Origin: a virus
Lineage: Duplodnaviria > Caudoviricetes
Length of the DNA stretch: 64,000 nt
IMG/VR virus record: IMGVR_UViG_3300048502_000015
Coordinates: 32,001-96,000 of that record
Direction: 5' to 3' (one strand)
Position numbers and translations under genes: made by a program. Position 1 is the first letter of the stretch. Every line of letters begins with the position of its first letter. Below the pieces are notes generated by a model, which was given only the letters and a program-made list of their open reading frames with translations, was not told where the DNA came from and did not search any database. This document shows, in pieces, positions 45,515-55,237 of this stretch.

Positions 45515-46263
45515 CAGAAGATTTAGAAGAAGTAGAATTAGACGACGAGGATCTTGATGAAGACGAGGAAGCCGGATTTAACCCAGAAGGGGATTATTCT
45601 AAACTGGAACTTGAAGATTGGGCAAACCAACTATTGTTGGAGGATGTCAACCGAGAGTTATGTCCTCAATGTAAGGCTAACAATAGAGCCAACCCCAAAA
45701 AATTTCCGAACGAAATTCCTTATGGTTCGGAAACGGGGGTTATTGAAGCCATGCCCCAGTTCCATAAAAGCGGCGATCCAATTGTGGACGAGAATGAAAA
45801 CCAACTATATATCGACTATCCAGAATACGTCTGTGAACTAGGACACAAGTGGTATAAAGGAGAGGGTCCTCGAAGAGACTGGAAGGGGCCGAATCAGGTT
45901 CTTTCAAAGAGCCATTTGGAAAACCGGCAACGAAGAGAAATTCAAAGTTCCTTTGGAACGGCTGATCCCGCCTTTACCCTTAACAAGAATGGCCAACCGG
46001 GGATTTACAATCGTGTAGGCGAGGGTGGAAGAAAACAAAACACCGACGAACAGCGGAAGAAGAATGGAGCGTCCTTTTTTGGAAGCTCTAGTCCCGCCGA
46101 ATCCTGGGGATGGCGTCTTTCGGAACATCAAAAAGAGGAAAAGACCTCAGAAGTCAAATCAAGAATTCTTACTCCTGAAGAGCTAGCCGCCCTTCCGCGA
46201 GGACGAAACTCCTTATTCGGAGAAGAGAAGCGAGATCTACGACAGTTCGTGATGCCAAAATGA
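45511..46263 (+). CDS. hypothetical Zn-binding protein
   Basis: CPQC...CELGHKW. Confidence 0.6.
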   Translation: MTEDLEEVELDDEDLDEDEEAGFNPEGDYSKLELEDWANQLLLEDVNRELCPQCKANNRANPKKFPNEIPYGSETGVIEAMPQFHKSGDPIVDENENQLYIDYPEYVCELGHKWYKGEGPRRDWKGPNQVLSKSHLENRQRREIQSSFGTADPAFTLNKNGQPGIYNRVGEGGRKQNTDEQRKKNGASFFGSSSPAESWGWRLSEHQKEEKTSEVKSRILTPEELAALPRGRNSLFGEEKRDLRQFVMPK

Positions 46264-47045
46264 ACGATCTAACCGTATCAGACGAAGAGCGAAAGAAGCG
46301 TCAAGAGATTCTGGAAAGTAAGGGACTTGAAGGCGTCAAAAAGAAATGGGAAAATGAAGATCGTGCTGCCCTTGAGTTAGCTCAGTCTCGTTATGCTCCC
46401 CCTATTTTTGTGGAACCAAGATGTGCTATTTGTGCCGGGGATTATGCTCAATGGCGAGTATGGATTGAACAGCAACTCTATAAAGGACGCGCCTATAGTG
46501 CTATCGCTAGGGCTATTCCTCCAGTGAATAATCGTCCCCTGGATCGTCGTACTGTAAGTACCCATTTAGACAAACATGTAAAGCTGGACGAAGCAATTGT
46601 TCGCGCAACTCTAAATGAAGAGGCAACCGTTATCGGCCAGAACTTCCAAGAGGGTGTCAAAGGAGCAATCACTGACCGAGGAATCGTCAAGGTTCTTATC
46701 CAAAAGGCTTATGAAGATGCGATGGCCGGGATTACAACGGTTGAACCCAAGGACCTCATCCAGCTAATCAAGCTTAGCCAGGAGTTTGAGTCCGGGAATA
46801 CCGACCTTCAATATCGAGAAGCCGAAAATGCTGTACGAATTTTCATGAATGCAATCAAAAATGTTATGCTTAGTGAAACGTTTTTTGATAAGGAAGTCGG
46901 TAACACCATCCTTGTAGCCATTCAAGATGAGGTTCGTGATCTCCGAACTAAAGACGAAATTGAAGCTTCTCTAGAAAGCCGTCTAGGACTACCTATCCCG
47001 GACGCAGAAGTAATTGATGACCCAACGATACCAAATACTGAATGA
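46260..47045 (+). CDS. hypothetical Zn/HTH protein (possible terminase small subunit-like)
   Basis: CAIC, YSAIAR, HLDKH. Confidence 0.4.
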   Translation: MNDLTVSDEERKKRQEILESKGLEGVKKKWENEDRAALELAQSRYAPPIFVEPRCAICAGDYAQWRVWIEQQLYKGRAYSAIARAIPPVNNRPLDRRTVSTHLDKHVKLDEAIVRATLNEEATVIGQNFQEGVKGAITDRGIVKVLIQKAYEDAMAGITTVEPKDLIQLIKLSQEFESGNTDLQYREAENAVRIFMNAIKNVMLSETFFDKEVGNTILVAIQDEVRDLRTKDEIEASLESRLGLPIPDAEVIDDPTIPNTE

Positions 47046-48960
47046 AGAACTCTCGGATCAATTAGCTAGCGCTGATCGAGCCGAACAAGCAAATTGGTTA
47101 ATTCTTGGTCCCAGTCCGGACTTTATCGGGCAATGGGAAGTAGATTCTCTGTGGCCGGATTACTTCTTCGATTTTGAAGACGTTATCGGTTCCTATCGTT
47201 CTATCTCTCCTTCGCGTTTAGACCAACTGTTTGATCGTGCTGAGGGAGCGGGTTACCACGTTGCCTTTGTAGAAGATCCGATTACCATTCTCGATGATTA
47301 TGCTCATCTTCAAGATCCCCCTCCGTTTTCCATTCATTCAACACTTGACAACACCATAAATGGGTTTCTCCCTTGGCAGATCATAGGGTTTAACAAGTTA
47401 ATCAAAAACGAGTCAATTGGGGCTGGCCTTTTTTGCTACGACACGGGTTCAGGAAAAACGTTGATGATAATTTGTGCCCTTTTGTGGCACAACGGATACA
47501 GCAAACACAACTATGATTTGGGCTTGATTGTCGTCAAGTCTAATAACAAGGTTGACACACAGCGAAAGCTCAAAAATCTTGCCGGAATTGAATCGATTAT
47601 CGTAGACGGAACTCCTACAAAGAGAATGGCTATCTATGATTCTGTTCTCGAAAAGATGAACAACTTTGAACCCGTAGTCGTCATTCTCAACTACGAAAAA
47701 TTCCGCGAAGATTACGACATGATCAAAAGTCTGGTTTCAGGCAAAAAGGTTTTGGCATTTTGGGACGAAGCTCCGACAAAATTGAGTAATCGAAATTCGG
47801 TGCTATACAAAAAGGTGAAGAAGTCAATTTATGACAATTTCCCCTCGAAGCCTCGACCATCCTGGATACGTCATTGGGAATTGACGGCAACCCCGATTCA
47901 AAATACCCCAATGGATCAGTATTCAGTAACGAGGTTGATCAACCCTCCTCTTCTCGGAACCGTATCAGAGTTTGAGGCCGAATATGTGACCTACAAGAAC
48001 CCCCTTTCCGGGAAACCTCAGACTTTCAAAAATCTCGATAAGCTTGAAGCGAAATTAGGCTACATGACTCACCGAGTATCAAGATCTGATCCGGAAGTGG
48101 CCAAGATGTTCCCGGCCATTGTTTATGATCCTATCACAATCGACTGGAACGATAAACACCGAAAGGTTTATGATCGCTTGACGGGAAAGGCTAAGGATCT
48201 TCTTGAATCGGAAGACTTTTCTGAAGACAACGTTCTATCAATCATCCAGGTCATGCAGATGATTTGTGATGCCCCAACGATGGTGCAACAATCGGCTTCT
48301 AATCGACAGGCGTTTGAAACCTCTCTAATTACTCCGTTTAACGAAGATGGACCAATCCCTAACTTTAGTGGACCAAAAGGCTCAGAGGTCGCGCTGAAGC
48401 TACTAGAGGGCATATCTGTAAACGAATTAACCAACGATGGCCATACCAAGATTGAAACATGGCGGGAAATCTTGATGGAGAAACATCCTGACGAGAAAAT
48501 CATTACCCATATGACCTGGGCCGGATATGGATTTCCTCCTTTGACTAAGAAATTAGACGAGTGGGGAATCTCCTATATTTGCTATGTCGGAACGGACAAG
48601 CAGAAACAGGAAGCTCTTGATTCTTTCCGAGATGACCCATCGATTCGCATATTTCTAACAGGAGATTCGGGAGCAGATGGAATCGATATTGCCCAAGCAA
48701 CTGTAGGAATCAACTACAACTATCCGTGGACTTGGGTTAAGGTCGAACAACGAGAGGGTAGACGTAATCGAGTGAACTCGTTAAACAAGACCATCTATAC
48801 TTACGATCTGATAATGGCCAACTCTATTGATGAACGCAAGAGAGAAATCATCGACCAAAAGCACGAATATCATGTTGCCCTATTTGAAGGACGTGCTGCC
48901 GATTTTGCCCAAAGCGCAAGGGTAGGGCGTGAAGAATTGCTGTACGTACTTTTTGGTTAA
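47017..48960 (+). CDS. SNF2-family helicase
   Basis: DTGSGKT, WDEA, LTATPIQN, QREGRRNR. Confidence 0.88.
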   Translation: MTQRYQILNEELSDQLASADRAEQANWLILGPSPDFIGQWEVDSLWPDYFFDFEDVIGSYRSISPSRLDQLFDRAEGAGYHVAFVEDPITILDDYAHLQDPPPFSIHSTLDNTINGFLPWQIIGFNKLIKNESIGAGLFCYDTGSGKTLMIICALLWHNGYSKHNYDLGLIVVKSNNKVDTQRKLKNLAGIESIIVDGTPTKRMAIYDSVLEKMNNFEPVVVILNYEKFREDYDMIKSLVSGKKVLAFWDEAPTKLSNRNSVLYKKVKKSIYDNFPSKPRPSWIRHWELTATPIQNTPMDQYSVTRLINPPLLGTVSEFEAEYVTYKNPLSGKPQTFKNLDKLEAKLGYMTHRVSRSDPEVAKMFPAIVYDPITIDWNDKHRKVYDRLTGKAKDLLESEDFSEDNVLSIIQVMQMICDAPTMVQQSASNRQAFETSLITPFNEDGPIPNFSGPKGSEVALKLLEGISVNELTNDGHTKIETWREILMEKHPDEKIITHMTWAGYGFPPLTKKLDEWGISYICYVGTDKQKQEALDSFRDDPSIRIFLTGDSGADGIDIAQATVGINYNYPWTWVKVEQREGRRNRVNSLNKTIYTYDLIMANSIDERKREIIDQKHEYHVALFEGRAADFAQSARVGREELLYVLFG

Positions 48961-49394
48961 GAAGAGCGTCGAATAGCAAATGGGGAACCAATTGCCGTAA
49001 TTCCTGCATAAAGGTTGAGTTGTTGTGAACGAGCTATCAGTTGACCCGAATTTGTAGTCACAGAAAGATTAACTTGAAGTCCGGGAATTACAAACTGATA
49101 AATGTGAGAAACGGTTTGTCCATAACCAATTACCCCATCACCAAAATCCCAACGATATTGTATTATTGTTACGCCAGGAGGGACGGTAAGTTTAGGAAGT
49201 CCTAGGCTAGCCGAATCTGTTGCATAAAAGGTAATCGCATTTCCTGTAGGCGTTTCAACACTTTGATATTGAGCGCCAGAAGGAGGATAAGAAACACCGT
49301 CCTCTACAAATGAAGGGAGAGCCGTAGAGGGTGTCCAACCAAAATTACAAATTACCGGAGCGGTATAAATGGGGATATCGTTAATTGTACTCAT
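48957..49394 (-). CDS. PKD-domain virion protein
   Basis: YRWDFGDG...SHIY. Confidence 0.75.
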   Translation of the reverse strand: MSTINDIPIYTAPVICNFGWTPSTALPSFVEDGVSYPPSGAQYQSVETPTGNAITFYATDSASLGLPKLTVPPGVTIIQYRWDFGDGVIGYGQTVSHIYQFVIPGLQVNLSVTTNSGQLIARSQQLNLYAGITAIGSPFAIRRSS

Positions 49395-52300
49395 TAGACG
49401 GTGACCACCGTTAAGGTTGAATTTCGTTGATTATAGGCATCGGTGACAGTAAGAGTAACGTTATAACTACCGTGGGCTGCATATGTATGTGGAGGAATTA
49501 GCTTACCGACATAGACTGTCCCATCACCAAGATTCCATTCGTATAGAATGATGTTTGCTGATCCCGCCGTTGAGGTATTTGTGAAGGTCCCAATAAACGA
49601 TCCTCCAACTGCGCTAAACGATGCGGTCGGCCCGGTTATCCCGCTTAGAGCATCCTCTGGCCAAATCAATCTTCCTAATTGTGCATATTGAGGGATGAAG
49701 TTGGGGGCACCCATGATAGAAGCTGCCTGGGTTAATGCCTTGGCTCTTATTTGGAACTGGGTTCCCCAGATAGGGAATTGTGCTCCGTATTGGTCGGAGT
49801 TAATCAATTCACGAAAATCAGTCCACGGAGCATAGTTGGACGACCAGGAATCGCTTGATACTGAACGACCGCTCCATAGAACCGCTCGTTCAAAAGCCGA
49901 TACACCATCAACCCAGAATGTTCCGTTAATGGCTTCTGGTTGATAAACGAATAGTTGGTAATTTCCTGCTTGTGTTAATCCAAATGGTGGGTCAAGAACG
50001 ATATGCTGCCATTGATCTGGAACGATTTGGGGCATTGGCAACGTTAACGAGAATCCATCTTGAGAGACAAGTTGGACGGAAATCGTTCCACCTTGATTTA
50101 GTAAACTACTCGGATACCACAAGTCAAAGACAATTCCAGCCTGAGTTAAATCGGTATAAGGTAGAACATTAGAAATAAATCCTTGATTCACGAGTGTTCC
50201 ATAAACCTGTATCTTGTAGCTTTCGGATGTTGTTGTTCGAGTAGAGTCTCTACTAATGGATGAGCCGGTAACCCCTCCAACTACATTGTCCGGACCTGCT
50301 CCAAAGGCCGTCCACAACTCGGTATTAGGGGTTGAGTTAGCATAAACCTGTCCACCTGAAACTGGAGTAAAACTGTTCAACGGGGTTGAAATGTATTCTG
50401 CAAAACATGCACTTCTTTGACGGATATTGGCAATCGAGGCCGTTCCGTCCGTAACGTTAGATGCTGACCTAACGCTTCCTGCCATTCGAGGAAACGTAAA
50501 TTCATCGTTAATGGCCGTGGAATCCAAAACGGCGACGGGATTAATGGACATATCGCTATTAAGCGGATAGATATATGCATGGGCTGTTGTGCCCTTTACT
50601 GAACAAATAAGGATATAGTAGGTGTTATTTGTCAAAGAATATCCTGTAAAGTTGTACGGAGTTATTAGAGCATTACCAATGGTAAGTGATTGAGTTGCTC
50701 CCCAACTCAGGGTAAAGGCAACCCAGTTATTACTTGGAACATTTGAAGTAAGGGGTTGAGGTAGTCCGTTTAATTCGGCCTGAATGAAGTAATCTAGATC
50801 AAGTTGATTAGTGAAGGTTTCGGTGTCATTTTCTCGCATAAATACGTTAACCGTATTTGTACTTGCTTGGGACCCGGTGTAGAATACAACCTGCATCTCA
50901 ACATCAATAGGCGTTGGGGTTGCACTTAGAGGGAGTACTTCGGTATTCATGTTTCCGTAGGAATCCAAAACCCAATCGTTAAGAACGGCATTGACGGAAT
51001 CGCCACCTGTCTCGATGTATTGAGCGGTGTCTCCCGTTATTGCATAATTATTACGCATAAAGGCTATCGAATTAACCCCCGCGAAATATGCCTTGTTGTT
51101 ATCAAAATTAGCCGTCAATTCTCGATAAAAATGACGACAAGTAAGGTAGAAGAACATGACAGGCATCGACTGTTCGAAAACGATCTGTTCTCGACTAAGA
51201 GATGATACGTCTGAATAATCGACATTTGGTGAAACGACCCCTGATTCAACCGGATAATTGATCGCGGAACCCGAAGTGGCCCTCTGTACAACAGATCCTA
51301 ATAGAGTTGTTGGATCAGCCAGATTTCCAGGAGGCTGGGTATAGGTGTTCATTACCAAATTGATCTTTTGCAAGGTGGTTGGGTCCACCTGATCAGATGC
51401 GTCATTTAAGGTAGAAAAGAAGTTGTTGATCTGAGGAATATTCGAAGACGACGCTGGAGCAGCCGGTTGCTGACCGATATCATCAAGATAGTAGTTGTAG
51501 GCGAAGTCAAGGGCGTCGTAAGAAACGTTTACTTGACTTGCAATAAATGACGGCAACTCCATTTGTCCGATGAAGAAATCAGCTACCCATTTAGGGTACT
51601 TTTTGTAAGCTACAGGGATTGGGAAGTTACCTGGATTATACGATTGTGGCTGAAGATCCGAGAATTCGATCTTGACATATTTGGCCACCATCGGTGTCGG
51701 TAGATAGTATTCCTGGGCTACTGTTGTAACGTAGGTTTGAGGAACATGGGTCCACAACTTTTGTTCCCATTCCGTTTCGGTTAAAGGAGACAAACCCTCG
51801 GATGTATTGTTTGTGTCATCTGTTGAGTAGTAAATGTTGAACCCAACATTTGGGGTAATTGGGTCTACAAAAACCGAATCGATAACTGTCGTGTCATCCT
51901 GAATTGCCGATTCAACCAGTTCAACAGAACTTGACTGACCCTTTTGTGTAACCCATTCCCAACCAATTTGGTCGCCATCTCCGTAAGGAAGATATCCCGT
52001 TCCAAGAGTTACTTGAATAGTGTCTAAATAGAAGTCAACTGTCTTGGTTGATCCCGAAGTATTGGTGGCTACAATTGAGATTGTGGCTAGGGTTGCACCA
52101 ACCGGAGGAGTAGCCGTTTGTTGATAGGCTGTAAGTCCCGTCGCAGTTATCGTATTTGTAGAGGAGCCTAAGAAGGTTGCTCCGCTATACCAGTTAATCA
52201 GAAACTCTATTCCCGTACTCGTGGGAACTGTTAGGGCATTAAGCTCACAAGACAAGTATAGATTCAACATTGGATTGATCGGAATTCCACTAGATGGAGA

Positions 52301-53230
52301 AACGATTCCTGCTGTGGCCCCAGTTGGTAAACTAGCCGTTAGCCTTAACGAATTATTGCCCAAAAAGGACCAACTGTTTTCTACCGCTTTGGTAGAGAGG
52401 GTTCCTCCTCCAGAAGTTGTAGAAGCCCACCAAGCGGGAGCCGCTGTGATATTGTCATATTCGAAACTAGGGTTTCCGATGTAGTTTATCTGCCCATAAC
52501 TAGCAACCTCAGCCACGGGCCTAACATCAAAGTATATGCTCTTGACTCCAAACTGGGATGGACATGGATCGCTCATCCAGTGACCTGTATTGTCTCCCAC
52601 TATACCCGTTGTGTCGGTACTGGCGGCACCGTTACCAAGAACTACCGAACGATAGTTGTTGCCAAGAAAATCGACTCCGTTATCTGCTGTTAGGCCAAGA
52701 ATTCTGAAGCAGAACGAAAGGTTATTTCCGGCATTAGTAAGAGCCACCATAGAGGAGTTGTATGCCTCTAAAGGAGTGATAGGATTTGGTTGCGAATACC
52801 AAATGGCGGTTACATCTGCTTGACCGAGAACCCCAAATCGAAGGAGATTGTTACTCCCTATAACCATTGAGCTATCAACGGGGATCGTCGTCGGAAATAG
52901 AACGTCATACCAGATTTGACTTCCATCGGCGTGACTTCCTACGGTTGTTCCTGTTGCAAGATTACTCCATCCTGATCCCGTGATATACTGGTCAACCGTC
53001 CATTCTAGAGAAGCTGCGGCAGCCATTCCAGTAGTGACTGAAACAAGAAGCTGAAATCCTGATAGATCAGGATAATTCAATTCTCCCGAATTTGTTCCTC
53101 GCTCATAATTTGATGGCAATTGAAAGGTTTGATAAAACCAGCTACTCGAAATAGTCTCATATGCCCCTGAAGCAGGAGTTTGATTCTGATCAATGATAAC
53201 GCCAGAATAGTTTTGTGCCAAAGTAGCCAT
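49394..53230 (-). CDS. large tail/baseplate protein with carbohydrate-binding-like and PKD domains
   Basis: NYIGNPSFE; C-terminal YEWNLGDG...HTY. Confidence 0.7.
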   Translation of the reverse strand: MATLAQNYSGVIIDQNQTPASGAYETISSSWFYQTFQLPSNYERGTNSGELNYPDLSGFQLLVSVTTGMAAAASLEWTVDQYITGSGWSNLATGTTVGSHADGSQIWYDVLFPTTIPVDSSMVIGSNNLLRFGVLGQADVTAIWYSQPNPITPLEAYNSSMVALTNAGNNLSFCFRILGLTADNGVDFLGNNYRSVVLGNGAASTDTTGIVGDNTGHWMSDPCPSQFGVKSIYFDVRPVAEVASYGQINYIGNPSFEYDNITAAPAWWASTTSGGGTLSTKAVENSWSFLGNNSLRLTASLPTGATAGIVSPSSGIPINPMLNLYLSCELNALTVPTSTGIEFLINWYSGATFLGSSTNTITATGLTAYQQTATPPVGATLATISIVATNTSGSTKTVDFYLDTIQVTLGTGYLPYGDGDQIGWEWVTQKGQSSSVELVESAIQDDTTVIDSVFVDPITPNVGFNIYYSTDDTNNTSEGLSPLTETEWEQKLWTHVPQTYVTTVAQEYYLPTPMVAKYVKIEFSDLQPQSYNPGNFPIPVAYKKYPKWVADFFIGQMELPSFIASQVNVSYDALDFAYNYYLDDIGQQPAAPASSSNIPQINNFFSTLNDASDQVDPTTLQKINLVMNTYTQPPGNLADPTTLLGSVVQRATSGSAINYPVESGVVSPNVDYSDVSSLSREQIVFEQSMPVMFFYLTCRHFYRELTANFDNNKAYFAGVNSIAFMRNNYAITGDTAQYIETGGDSVNAVLNDWVLDSYGNMNTEVLPLSATPTPIDVEMQVVFYTGSQASTNTVNVFMRENDTETFTNQLDLDYFIQAELNGLPQPLTSNVPSNNWVAFTLSWGATQSLTIGNALITPYNFTGYSLTNNTYYILICSVKGTTAHAYIYPLNSDMSINPVAVLDSTAINDEFTFPRMAGSVRSASNVTDGTASIANIRQRSACFAEYISTPLNSFTPVSGGQVYANSTPNTELWTAFGAGPDNVVGGVTGSSISRDSTRTTTSESYKIQVYGTLVNQGFISNVLPYTDLTQAGIVFDLWYPSSLLNQGGTISVQLVSQDGFSLTLPMPQIVPDQWQHIVLDPPFGLTQAGNYQLFVYQPEAINGTFWVDGVSAFERAVLWSGRSVSSDSWSSNYAPWTDFRELINSDQYGAQFPIWGTQFQIRAKALTQAASIMGAPNFIPQYAQLGRLIWPEDALSGITGPTASFSAVGGSFIGTFTNTSTAGSANIILYEWNLGDGTVYVGKLIPPHTYAAHGSYNVTLTVTDAYNQRNSTLTVVTV

Positions 53231-53236
53231 CAAACT

Positions 53237-55237
53237 TTAAGCTACGTTTCTACCTACGCGAAGGTTTTGAACCTCGATGCTATATGGCAATAGATTACCG
53301 AATCCGTCTGTAAAGGGGGAGTTGTTTGCGGTTACTTTGGTAAAGCCAACCCTTAGGTATCTAGTAAAAATCTGGTTACCTAATGAATTTGAAAAGTAGA
53401 TCGCTACAGTTGTCCATGGATTAGTATTGGTTGCCGAGTAAGAGAGACTCGTGGTTGATATTGCTGTCGCGTTTGGAACCAAAGTAATCGGATAGAACAG
53501 ACGAGCAGGAGATTGGTCAAGTAGGTCATATTCTACCGAAATTGTGTACGGCTTATTGCTTGCTTCAAAATACAGGAGGTTTACGGCTTGAACAGTTCCT
53601 AAATCGATTTCTAGATAATCCGTACCCGATGCTCGTTCTAGAGAAGACCAAAATGAAGATTGAACTGGTTGGGGAACCCCTGGCAATCCTTGGTAATCAA
53701 CGGGGTAGATTCCGTTAATCATCATCTCGTTTGATCCCGTAACAGAGGTAATCGTTAGAGGTTCGGCTTGGGCCGCTATTGATTGGGTAGCAAAAAATTG
53801 TGCTGAAGGATTAGTATAGGGAGAGAGGAACGGATAGAGTGCGGTTTGAAGATTAGAGAATCCGCCTACATGAATATCGTTATCGAGAGCGGGCCACTGG
53901 GGAGAACCACCACCGGAAGTAGGGGATAGCGTGGTCCCATACAGGCTGTCAAGCAATGCATTTTCGGTATATGCGATAACGTTGGAGATGTTGTGAAAGC
54001 CCTGATAGCTTCCATTAATGTCTCCTTCGGCTCGCGGAGCTTCGTGTTCAACTCCCTTTTGAATCCAATGGGTCGAATCTAGAGTTGGCCACGGTACTGC
54101 TCGATTTCCGGTGACATATCTAACGACCCCTGTAAGAGTAGATTCTGAGAGGATTGCGTTCGCTGGTTGGCGTAAGGTTGATCCTTGCCCGCTTCCCAAG
54201 GTGACAATCGAGGTTACGGGCTGAATATCAGAAAGGGCGTCGTACATGTAGAAAGTATTTTGAGGACTCAAAATCACGTTTTCTCCATCGGCTGAAGTTC
54301 CTACTTGACTAACCTCTACGATTGCCACGGGGATAGCTCCTGTGATGGTTGTTGTCAAAGATGAAGTAATCTGAAGATCGGGAACATCCTGATTAGCCAA
54401 GGCTCCTGTGAATGCGACCTGGACGGGTTGATCCGGAAGGGGTCCGCCAGTGACGATGATGTTATTTCCAACCGAAGGAATTGCCTCCAAAGCCGTTTGA
54501 ATTACGTCGTAGGTTGTGTTATAGGCCAAGGAAGAGGTAGTGTTGTTATTTCCAACGGGGAAAGTGATGGTAAAGGTTCCTCCCTGAACGTTGGAGAAGC
54601 TAATCGTTTGAATTTCGCTTTGGGAAATGTTCTGGTTAGGAACAATGATAACCTCTTCGGTAGATTGGGTAATCCCCATTGGCTGTAGCCCTAAGCGATT
54701 GTCGGAAAAATGATCGTATAGGGCTTTGTAGTTCTCGATAACCTCAACCGGATATCCTAGTCCTGATTTTGCCGCCAATTCCATCCCCTGAACTGTCCCT
54801 CCTGCTCTAACGGCATGAAGGAAATCAATCACCCGGTTACGAAACGATGCATCTTGCTGATCAATAAGGGATTGTTCCGCTGATGTCAAGAGGCCGCTTT
54901 GATCAAGATCATTTTGTTCCTCAATCAATGGAACGAACTGCAAGGGGTTTGCATAAAGGCCACTTAGCTGACTCGTATTTAATCCTGCTGCCTCTACCGA
55001 TAGACGAGCAACAAGGTAGTTGTATTGAATTGATCCTACTCCGGATGGACCAAGAAGGGCATACAAAAGGGTGACTAGATTTGAATCGATTGCCTTGTTG
55101 TAAAGTGAGTCTGGGAATCGATCCAGATAACTGATCGGATTTTGAGGACCCCCTAACGGTTCGATGAAAAATGACTGGTTTACCGTAGCGGTAAAATCAG
55201 GGGTTATGGTCGTAGTAGTAACATCAGGAGTAGACAT
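53237..55237 (-). CDS. baseplate wedge/tail protein
   Basis: AGGTVQGMELAAKS; adjacent to baseplate J. Confidence 0.6.
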   Translation of the reverse strand: MSTPDVTTTTITPDFTATVNQSFFIEPLGGPQNPISYLDRFPDSLYNKAIDSNLVTLLYALLGPSGVGSIQYNYLVARLSVEAAGLNTSQLSGLYANPLQFVPLIEEQNDLDQSGLLTSAEQSLIDQQDASFRNRVIDFLHAVRAGGTVQGMELAAKSGLGYPVEVIENYKALYDHFSDNRLGLQPMGITQSTEEVIIVPNQNISQSEIQTISFSNVQGGTFTITFPVGNNNTTSSLAYNTTYDVIQTALEAIPSVGNNIIVTGGPLPDQPVQVAFTGALANQDVPDLQITSSLTTTITGAIPVAIVEVSQVGTSADGENVILSPQNTFYMYDALSDIQPVTSIVTLGSGQGSTLRQPANAILSESTLTGVVRYVTGNRAVPWPTLDSTHWIQKGVEHEAPRAEGDINGSYQGFHNISNVIAYTENALLDSLYGTTLSPTSGGGSPQWPALDNDIHVGGFSNLQTALYPFLSPYTNPSAQFFATQSIAAQAEPLTITSVTGSNEMMINGIYPVDYQGLPGVPQPVQSSFWSSLERASGTDYLEIDLGTVQAVNLLYFEASNKPYTISVEYDLLDQSPARLFYPITLVPNATAISTTSLSYSATNTNPWTTVAIYFSNSLGNQIFTRYLRVGFTKVTANNSPFTDGFGNLLPYSIEVQNLRVGRNVA